Of a stretch of DNA of 32,000 nucleotides, positions 25,125 through 31,814 are shown one piece after another; positions within the stretch are counted from its first letter, which is position 1; the number at the start of each line of letters is the position of its first letter. Source of the DNA: Kingella sp. (in: b-proteobacteria) (GTDB lineage: Bacteria > Pseudomonadota > Gammaproteobacteria > Burkholderiales > Neisseriaceae); NCBI RefSeq assembly GCF_030527935.1, contig NZ_JAUMZV010000001.1:32054-64053 (forward strand), in the 5' to 3' direction. The notes under the pieces are model-generated. The model had not been told where the DNA came from, did not search any database, and saw only the letters and a list, made by a program, of their open reading frames with translations. Position numbers and translations under genes: made by a program.

Positions 25125-25562
25125 ATGAAAAAACACATCTACTGCCACCACAGCCACGAGCTAGAAATCCCCTTTTTTGACGTAGATGCCATGCACATCG
25201 TCTGGCATGGCAACTATGTCAAATACCTAGAAGTCGCCCGCTGCGCCTTTCTCGCCAGCATCGGCTACGACTACAACGAAATGGCACGCCAAGGCTACGG
25301 CTGGCCCATCGTCAAAATGGATTTCAAATACATACGCCCCGCCCAGTTCGGGCAACACATTCGCATAGACATGGACATCGTAGAAATTGAAAGCTGCCTA
25401 CGCATAGACTACACCCTGCGCGATGTCGCCACAGGCGAAAAACTCACCCGCGCCAGCACCACCCAAGCCGCCGTTGCCATCGCCACAAGCGAAATGCAAT
25501 TCCAAACCCCCGCCAGCTGGCTTGCCGCCGTGTGCCAACACCCCACGTTTCAGGCAGCCTGA
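25125..25562 (+). CDS. 4HBT/YbgC-type acyl-CoA or acyl-ACP thioesterase (ApeK-like)
   Basis: The 145-aa hotdog-fold product has FFDVDAMHIVWHGNY. Its stop codon lies inside a DUS (..TFQAA*). Confidence 0.85.
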   Translation: MKKHIYCHHSHELEIPFFDVDAMHIVWHGNYVKYLEVARCAFLASIGYDYNEMARQGYGWPIVKMDFKYIRPAQFGQHIRIDMDIVEIESCLRIDYTLRDVATGEKLTRASTTQAAVAIATSEMQFQTPASWLAAVCQHPTFQAA

Positions 25563-25735
25563 AACGTGGAAAATTGTGTCTTCAACCTTGCGCGTTGCGC
25601 TGCGGTATCTCCCTTTGGCGTTGCATAAGTTCACATAGCTAAATCAAAGATTTAGATGCTTACTTATACCCAAATCAAAGATTTGGACAAAGGGGCAAGG
25701 CTGCCTTACCCCATTATTCAACAAGGAAACCCCAC

Positions 25736-26326
25736 ATGAAAAAATACCTTCTCGCCCTAGTCATTGCCCTAACTACCCCCGTCCTATGGGCATTCTCCCT
25801 TGCCGACTTAACGCAAACCCTGCAAAAGCCCGCCAACGTGCAAGGCGCGTTTACCCAGCAGCGTTATCTCAAATCGCTTACCAAGCCCATGACCACCAGC
25901 GGCGCGTTCACCCTTGTGCCGAAAAAAGGGCTGCTCTGGCAAATGCAAAAACCATTTGACACCACCCTGCGCGTGCGCGCCGACGGCATCATGCAATGGA
26001 CAGGCAGCGCGTGGACGAACCCCAACGCCAACAAGCTCGGGCAAAATCGCCAAATCCAGCTTTTTCTGGACTTGCTCGGCGGCAACACGCAAGGGCTGGA
26101 AAAACAATTTAACCTAAGCCTAAGCGGCACCGCGCAACAATGGACGCTGCAACTCACCCCCAAAACCGCCATCACGCGCCAAATTTTCACCCGCATAGAC
26201 ATCAGCGGCGACAGTGTTGTCCGCAAAATTGAGCTGCACGAAAAACAAGGCGACCGCACCGTGATGCAATTTAGCCAAATCCAAACCAGCAAACCGCTGG
26301 GCGAATTTGCCAAAAGCGCGTTGTAA
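25736..26326 (+). CDS. LolA-like outer-membrane lipoprotein carrier protein (ApeL-like)
   Basis: The 196-aa product has a signal peptide ending VLWA-FS and LolA-family similarity (GAFTQQRYLKSLTKPMTTSGAF). Confidence 0.8.
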   Translation: MKKYLLALVIALTTPVLWAFSLADLTQTLQKPANVQGAFTQQRYLKSLTKPMTTSGAFTLVPKKGLLWQMQKPFDTTLRVRADGIMQWTGSAWTNPNANKLGQNRQIQLFLDLLGGNTQGLEKQFNLSLSGTAQQWTLQLTPKTAITRQIFTRIDISGDSVVRKIELHEKQGDRTVMQFSQIQTSKPLGEFAKSAL

Positions 26327-26332
26327 GAACCC

Positions 26333-26375
26333 AAAGGCAGCCTGAAAACCCTTTTCCCTTTTTCAGGCTGCCTTT
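26333..26375. terminator. DUS inverted-pair hairpin followed by a T-run
   Basis: AGGCAGCCTGAA (26335-26346) pairs with TTCAGGCTGCCT (26362-26373), followed by TTTAACGTTTTTTT. Confidence 0.55.
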
Positions 26376-26543
26376 TAACGTTTTTTTATTCCCAGAGCAG
26401 GCGTTTCGCCGCCTACCACGAGCAGGGGCAAGCCCCTGCACCCCGCCGCCGCATCAACTCTTGCTGCATAAACTCAACCCATAGAGTGGACAATCCATTG
26501 CCCCCCGCCCACAAAGGCAGCCTGAAAATTTTGTAAAACCTAA

Positions 26544-26611
26544 GTAGGTCAGGCATTTATGCCCGACGTTTTTATGTGTCCGTGTTTTTCGGGCATAAAT
26601 GCCCGACCTAC
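26544..26611. repeat. REP-like double hairpin
   Basis: GTAGGTCAGGCATTTATGCCCGAC ... TCGGGCATAAATGCCCGACCTAC belongs to the same family as 15829-15899. Confidence 0.6.
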
Positions 26612-26741
26612 CGATAAGCAACAGCCCGTAGGGCGGGCAATTTATTGCCCACCAAAATGTTCACAATCATGCTAAGCAAGCACTTGCCCCCCATCTCAAA
26701 GGCAGCCTGAAAACCCTTTTTCCCCTTTTCAGGCTGCCTTA

Positions 26742-26900
26742 GAACCTGTATTCACGGTTTTCATAGGCATCTTTTATGACATAAAGCGCGGATACAAGGC
26801 AAAAAGCACAGCAAGGTTGGACACCTTGCGCGCATTTTTAACGCAGTAGCCGTGTTTTTGGGGCATAAAAGATGCCTATGAAAACCGTGAATACAGGTTC
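26742..26900 (+). mobile_element. 160-bp MITE, copy 5
   Basis: Direct TTA flanks lie at 26739-26741 and 26901-26903. Both arms carry the compensatory TA-to-GG/CC change (CACGGTTTTC / GAAAACCGTG). Confidence 0.85.
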
Positions 26901-26928
26901 TTAGATTTTAAAAAACCAATACAAAAGC

Positions 26929-26934
26929 TATAAT
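26929..26934 (+). promoter_or_regulatory. candidate -10 box upstream of darA
   Basis: A perfect TATAAT lies 26 nt before ATG 26961, with an A/T-rich tract upstream. No clear -35 is present. Confidence 0.3.
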
Positions 26935-26960
26935 TGCGCGTTTTATCATTGCCTTTCGCC

Positions 26961-27875
26961 ATGACCGCCTCCAAAGTTCTCATCGTTTACTACTCCCAAA
27001 CAGGGCAGCTTGCCACGCTTGCACAGCAATTCGCCGCCCCGCTGCAACAGGCAGGCATCACGGTGGATTGCGTGCCGCTTGTGCCGCAGCAGCCCTATCC
27101 GTTTCCGTGGCGGTTCTGGCATTTTTTTGACACGTTTCCCGAATCCGCACATCTGAAACCCGCGCCCATCAATCCGCCGCAGATTCCGCACAACGATTAC
27201 GATGTGGTTGTGATTGCCTACACCGTGTGGTTTCTCGCGCCATCGCAGCCTGTTACCGCCTTTTTGCAGCGCGAAGACACGCGCCGCCTGCTCGCGGGCA
27301 AGCCCGTAGTTACGCTTATCGGCTGCCGCAATATGTGGCTGTCGGCACAGGAAAAAATGAAAACACTGCTGGCGGCGAACGGCGCGAAACTCATCGGCAA
27401 TATCGTCAAAACCGATGCCTGCGGCACGGCGGCGAGTTTCGTTACCACGCCCGCATGGCTGCTGTCGGGCGACAAACACTATTTCAAAAACCTGCCTGCT
27501 GCCGGAATTGCCGAACACGAATTGATGGACGGCGCACGTTTCGGCGCAAAATTGCGCGACGCGCTGTCGTCTGAAACGCCGCTTGATGAGACGCTGTTTC
27601 AAAATATGGGCGCGGCGCGGGTAGATGAAAAACTGATTTTCAGCGAAAAAGCCGCCAGCCGCAGTTTTTACCTGTGGGGCAGGCTACTGATGGCGGCAGG
27701 GCGCGTGTCGCCCGTGCTGCGCCGCGTGCTGCTGGCGGTTTATATCGCGTTTTTGGTTACGCTGATTCTGACCGTTATCCCCGTCAGCATTGTGCTGAAA
27801 AAACTGCTGCACCCGCTGTTGAAAAACCGCCTTGCCCAAGCCAAACGCTATTACGCCGCGCCGTCGGGCGAATAA
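26961..27875 (+). CDS. darA: dialkylresorcinol condensing enzyme DarA-like protein
   Basis: The N-terminus is flavodoxin-like (KVLIVYYSQTGQL) and the C-terminus has TM helices. It is adjacent to a DarB-type KSIII. The family assignment is from memory. Confidence 0.7.
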   Translation: MTASKVLIVYYSQTGQLATLAQQFAAPLQQAGITVDCVPLVPQQPYPFPWRFWHFFDTFPESAHLKPAPINPPQIPHNDYDVVVIAYTVWFLAPSQPVTAFLQREDTRRLLAGKPVVTLIGCRNMWLSAQEKMKTLLAANGAKLIGNIVKTDACGTAASFVTTPAWLLSGDKHYFKNLPAAGIAEHELMDGARFGAKLRDALSSETPLDETLFQNMGAARVDEKLIFSEKAASRSFYLWGRLLMAAGRVSPVLRRVLLAVYIAFLVTLILTVIPVSIVLKKLLHPLLKNRLAQAKRYYAAPSGE

Positions 27876-27975
27876 ATCCGTTTCAGGCTGCCTTAACATA
27901 CAGGCAAGCCTGAAAATAATATAACCCCTGCCGCATCATTTCAGGCAGCCTGAAAACCCTTACCCACACACCACC

Positions 27976-29118
27976 ATGTCCAACGAAGTCTATCTCACCC
28001 GCGCCGCCGCCTTTCTGCCCAACGAGCCCGTATCCAACGACCAAATGGAAGCCGTGCTCGGCATGGCGGGCGGCATTCCCTCGCGCGTGCGCCGCATGAT
28101 TTTGCGCTCCAACGGCATCACCTCGCGCCACTACGCGATAGACCCCGCCACCCGTACCGCCACCCACACCAACGCCGAACTCGCCGCCGAAGCCCTGCGC
28201 CGCCTGTTTGCCGCCGCGCCCGAAGCGTGTGATTCAGGCTGCCTTGCCTGCGCCACGTCCTACCCCGACCAAACCATGCCGGGGCACGGCGTGATGGTAC
28301 ACGGTTTGAGCGGTATGCCGCCGTGCGAAACCGTGTCGCTGGCGGGCGTGTGCGTGGCGGGCATGGCGGCAATGAAATACGCCTACCAAGCCGTGAAATC
28401 GGGCGAACACGCCGCCGCTGTTGCCACCGCTTCGGAAAACGCTTCCGCCGTGATGTGCGGCAAAAATTTCCAAAGCGAAACCGACCTGAAAAAACTGGAA
28501 CACGCCACGCCCGAAATCGGCTTTGAAAAAGACTTTTTACGCTGGATGCTCTCGGACGGCGCAGGCGCGGTGCTGCTCGCCGACCGCCCCGTTGCAGGCA
28601 GCCTGAATTTCAAAATCCATTGGATAGAAATGCTGTCCTACGCCAACGAAATGCCGCCCTGTATGTATGCAGGCGCAGAAATCCGCAACGGCGCGTTCCA
28701 CGGCTGGAAAACCGCCGATGCCGCCGAACACGCCCGCAGCAGCATGATGGCAGTGAAGCAAGACGTGAAACTGCTCAACGAACACATTATCGCCTATACC
28801 GTAGAAAAACCGCTCGCGCACATCATCGCCAAACGTCGTCTGAAAGCCGAAGATATCGACTGGTTTCTGCCGCATTACTCATCGGGCTTTTTCCGCGACA
28901 AAGTCGCCGCAGGACTCGCCAACGCAGGCTTGCCGATACCGCAGGAAAAATGGTTCACCAACCTTGCCGAAAAAGGCAACACAGGTTCGGCTTCCATTTA
29001 CATTATTCTAGAAGAGTTTATGCGCACTTTCGCGCTGCAAAACGGTCAGAAAGTATTGTGCTACATACCCGAGAGTGGGCGGTTTTCTACTTGTTTTATG
29101 CTGCTGGAAGCGGTGTAG
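27976..29118 (+). CDS. darB: beta-ketoacyl-ACP synthase III family protein, DarB-like
   Basis: The 380-aa product has the Cys in LAGVCVAGMAA, the His in FLPHYSS and the Asn in EKGNTGSAS, giving a FabH-type Cys-His-Asn triad. Confidence 0.8.
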   Translation: MSNEVYLTRAAAFLPNEPVSNDQMEAVLGMAGGIPSRVRRMILRSNGITSRHYAIDPATRTATHTNAELAAEALRRLFAAAPEACDSGCLACATSYPDQTMPGHGVMVHGLSGMPPCETVSLAGVCVAGMAAMKYAYQAVKSGEHAAAVATASENASAVMCGKNFQSETDLKKLEHATPEIGFEKDFLRWMLSDGAGAVLLADRPVAGSLNFKIHWIEMLSYANEMPPCMYAGAEIRNGAFHGWKTADAAEHARSSMMAVKQDVKLLNEHIIAYTVEKPLAHIIAKRRLKAEDIDWFLPHYSSGFFRDKVAAGLANAGLPIPQEKWFTNLAEKGNTGSASIYIILEEFMRTFALQNGQKVLCYIPESGRFSTCFMLLEAV

Positions 29119-29234
29119 CCAGCTTGCTTTCAGGCTGCCTATCCTTTAAAATGGCGCACATTAAGCCGAGAGTGCTGACCTTTATTTGCAGAACGTTGGG
29201 CGATTGACCCACTCGGCTTACCACATTCATTTCA

Positions 29235-29267
29235 CAGCCCTTTGCAGCTATGCAGGGGCTGTTTTAT
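29235..29267 (+). terminator. candidate intrinsic terminator (not DUS-based)
   Basis: CAGCCC..TGCA..TGCA..GGGCTG forms an interrupted stem followed by TTTTATT, about 115 nt after the darB stop. Confidence 0.35.
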
Positions 29268-29283
29268 TAGGGAAAAATCAAAA

Positions 29284-30060
29284 ATGTATTTGCTCTATGC
29301 CGATGAATCGGGTTCTATTGACGACCCGAACGGCGATTTTTTCGTATTGGCAGGCATCAGTATTTTTGAACGCCAAACTCACTGGTTAGACCAAAAAATA
29401 GAAACCGTAGCGCAACGCTTCAACGCCCGCTTTGCCAGCGGGAAATGCGAGTTTCACGGCAGCCCCATGCATTCAGGCAGAGACGGTTGGAAAACCGCCG
29501 CTACGCCTGCCGAACGCGCTCAGGCGGTTGCCGATATTTTGCATTTGTTGTCGCATTCGCAATCTCAAATCCGCATCTTTGCATCGGTGATTGAAAAACG
29601 GCTGTTTGCCGACAAATCAAAAATTATCCCCACCGCGTTTCAAGATATAGCCTTTTCCTTTGATACTTCGCTGCGAAACATTTATTACAAACACAACAAC
29701 GCCCAACGCGGCTTGGTCTTATTTGACAAAAGCACGTCCGAGCGCATGATACAAGAGCTGTCTTACAGCTATAAGCATTTGGGTTCGTCAGACGACAAAC
29801 TGCGTAATTTCGCCGAAGTGCCTGTAGTTGTGGATTCGCAAGCCACGCGGCTGATACAAATGGCGGATTTATTTGCCTATTGGCTGTACCGTTATTACCA
29901 AAGCAACGACAATCGCGGATTCAACATCATTCAACCGCATATTTGGCGCAACGGCGCGGAAATATTGGGCTTGCACGAACATATTTCTGATGAAACGCGC
30001 CAGCGTTTGACCCATGCAGACGACTGCGGTTTTCCGTTTCCCGCGCCCAACCCCATTTAA
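29284..30060 (+). CDS. DUF3800 domain-containing protein
   Basis: ATG 29284 gives the N-terminus MYLLYADESGS and a C-terminal LIQMADLFAY motif, which I recall as the two conserved blocks of DUF3800. The gene is AT-rich and has no internal DUS. Confidence 0.75.
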   Translation: MYLLYADESGSIDDPNGDFFVLAGISIFERQTHWLDQKIETVAQRFNARFASGKCEFHGSPMHSGRDGWKTAATPAERAQAVADILHLLSHSQSQIRIFASVIEKRLFADKSKIIPTAFQDIAFSFDTSLRNIYYKHNNAQRGLVLFDKSTSERMIQELSYSYKHLGSSDDKLRNFAEVPVVVDSQATRLIQMADLFAYWLYRYYQSNDNRGFNIIQPHIWRNGAEILGLHEHISDETRQRLTHADDCGFPFPAPNPI

Positions 30061-30072
30061 GGCAGCCTGAAC

Positions 30073-30465
30073 ATGGACATAAACGACATTCCCCAAGACC
30101 AAAGCGCAAGCTACGGCGGACACAAAAAAATCATCTACGGCACGCAGGGCGGGCATTACCAAGCAGCTACCAGCAGCGGCTGGGACACCGAAGCCTACGC
30201 CACCGCGCTTGCCGTGCAGGAATTGGACGCGCAAACCGAAGCCGCCCGCGCTGCCGTGTTGCGCGGCGAATTTTCCCCGTTGTATTACCAAATGTTCCGC
30301 GCCCGACACGACATCGCCAGCCTTGCCACCGCCGCAGGCTTTTGGCAATGGCAGACGCGTCGCCATCTGCACCCTGCCGTGTTCGCCAAACTGCCCGAGC
30401 GCGTGTTGCAGCAATACGCCGACGCACTCAATATCAGCGTGGCGCAGTTGAAAAGCACCGATTGA
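30073..30465 (+). CDS. small protein with a C-terminal helix-turn-helix-like region
   Basis: The C-terminal half of this 130-aa product (HDIASLATAAGFWQWQTRRHLHPAVFAKLPERVLQQYADALNISVAQL) looks like an XRE-type HTH. It has no SD, and its ATG lies 1 nt after a DUS. Confidence 0.5.
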   Translation: MDINDIPQDQSASYGGHKKIIYGTQGGHYQAATSSGWDTEAYATALAVQELDAQTEAARAAVLRGEFSPLYYQMFRARHDIASLATAAGFWQWQTRRHLHPAVFAKLPERVLQQYADALNISVAQLKSTD

Positions 30466-30557
30466 ACGTTAAACGCCGTTTCAGGCTGCCTGAAAATCAT
30501 GCTTGCCTTATTGTTGCTGACGACAAGCAGCATTGGTTAAAAATTCTGAAACCTGTT

Positions 30558-30651
30558 CCTTCTCCCGCTGGCGGGGGAAGGCTAGGAAGGGGTGGTAGGT
30601 CAAACAGCCACCCCCACCCTAACCCTCCCCCGCCAGCGGGTGAGGGAATGG
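30558..30651. repeat. GC-rich imperfect palindromic element
   Basis: The arms CCTTCTCCCGCTGGCGGGGGAAGGCTAGGAAGGGGTGG and CCACCCCCACCCTAACCCTCCCCCGCCAGCGGGTGAGGGAA surround a 12-nt loop. Confidence 0.6.
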
Positions 30652-30758
30652 GGTACAGCATACTTTGTATGAACGCCGCCCAACCAGTTTCAGGCTGCCT
30701 CCATTATTTATTGTTTTACCCAAGCTGCCGCCCGAAACCACAGAAAGCCCCTTTATCT

Positions 30759-31757
30759 ATGACCGATTTCCCTCACCAGCACACCGCCCATTGCGAAAGC
30801 GGCGTGATGTCCACTCTGCTGCAATACCACGGCTACCCGCTCAACGAAGCCATGATATTCGGCATCGCCCACGCGCTCACCTTTGTGTGGCTGCCCGTAG
30901 TCAAACTCAACGGCATGCCGCTGGTTTCCTACCGCACCCCGCCGCGCAGCATCATCAAACGCACCTGCCGCGCACTCGGCTTGAAACTCAGCGTGCAGAA
31001 ATTCGCCCGCGCCGACGACGGCAAAACCGCGCTGGACAACGCCCTTGCATCGGGCAAACTGGTGGGGCTGCAAACTTCCGTGTACTGGCTGCCCTACTTC
31101 CCCGAGCAGATGCGCTTTCATTTCAACGCCCACAACCTGCTGGTGTACGGCAGAGACGGCGATGATTATTTAATCAGCGACCCCGTGTTTGAAAGCGTGC
31201 AACGCTGCCCGAGCGAAGATTTGCAGCGCGCCCGCTTCGCCAAAGGCGCGCTTGCCGCCAAAGGCATGATGTACACGCTGAAAGTGCCAAGGCAGCCTGA
31301 AAACGCCGCCGCCGAACTGCCCGCCGTTATCCGCCGCGCCATCGGCAAAAACGCCCGCCAAATGCTCGCGCCCGTGTTTTTTGTCGGCGTAAAAGGCATA
31401 CGCACCGTTGCCCAAAACATTGAAAAGCTGCCTGAAAAACACGATGAAAAATACCAAAAACTGTTTCTCGGACATTTAGTGCGTATGCAGGAAGAAATCG
31501 GCACGGGCGGTGCAGGCTTCCGCTACATCTACGCCTATTTTTTGGAACAGGCGGCGCAAATCTGCGGTGAACCTGCTTTTCAGGCTGCTTCCGAAACCAT
31601 GACCGCCATCGGCGACGCATGGCGGCAGTTCGCCGCGATGTGCGTGAAACAGTGCAAAAAGCCCGCGCCAGACGGCTGCGCCAAAATCGCCGCTTTTTTG
31701 CGCGGGATTGCCGATAAAGAAGAAGCCTTGTGGCGCGATTTAAAACAAATGAAATAA
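30759..31757 (+). CDS. BtrH N-terminal (papain/C39-like) domain plus DUF4872 protein
   Basis: The start is at ATG 30759 (MTDFPHQHTAHCESG). A candidate Cys-His-Asp set lies at HCESG, FNAHNLLVYG and LISDP. The product is 332 aa. Confidence 0.7.
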   Translation: MTDFPHQHTAHCESGVMSTLLQYHGYPLNEAMIFGIAHALTFVWLPVVKLNGMPLVSYRTPPRSIIKRTCRALGLKLSVQKFARADDGKTALDNALASGKLVGLQTSVYWLPYFPEQMRFHFNAHNLLVYGRDGDDYLISDPVFESVQRCPSEDLQRARFAKGALAAKGMMYTLKVPRQPENAAAELPAVIRRAIGKNARQMLAPVFFVGVKGIRTVAQNIEKLPEKHDEKYQKLFLGHLVRMQEEIGTGGAGFRYIYAYFLEQAAQICGEPAFQAASETMTAIGDAWRQFAAMCVKQCKKPAPDGCAKIAAFLRGIADKEEALWRDLKQMK

Positions 31758-31761
31758 AACA

Positions 31762-31793
31762 AAAAGGTCGTCTGAAACGTTCAGACGACCTTT
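31762..31793. terminator. Neisseria-dialect (AGGTCGTCTGAA) DUS inverted-pair hairpin
   Basis: AAAGGTCGTCTGAA and TTCAGACGACCTTT form a perfect stem with a 3-nt loop, 5 nt after the stop codon. Confidence 0.5.
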
Positions 31794-31814
31794 GCCGATA
31801 ATCCTTCCATTTTT

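Noticed and set aside
30124-30130. An A7 tract in the HTH-like CDS (and an A8 tract at 2205-2212) as phase-variation switches
   Set aside because: The tracts are short compared with known Neisseria phase-variable homopolymers, the A8 tract is intergenic, and nothing in the sequence shows length variation.
30342-30758. An N-terminal extension of the BtrH-like ORF
   Set aside because: It overlaps the HTH-like gene and reads through a DUS and the GC-rich palindromic element. ATG 30759 gives the family-typical N-terminus.
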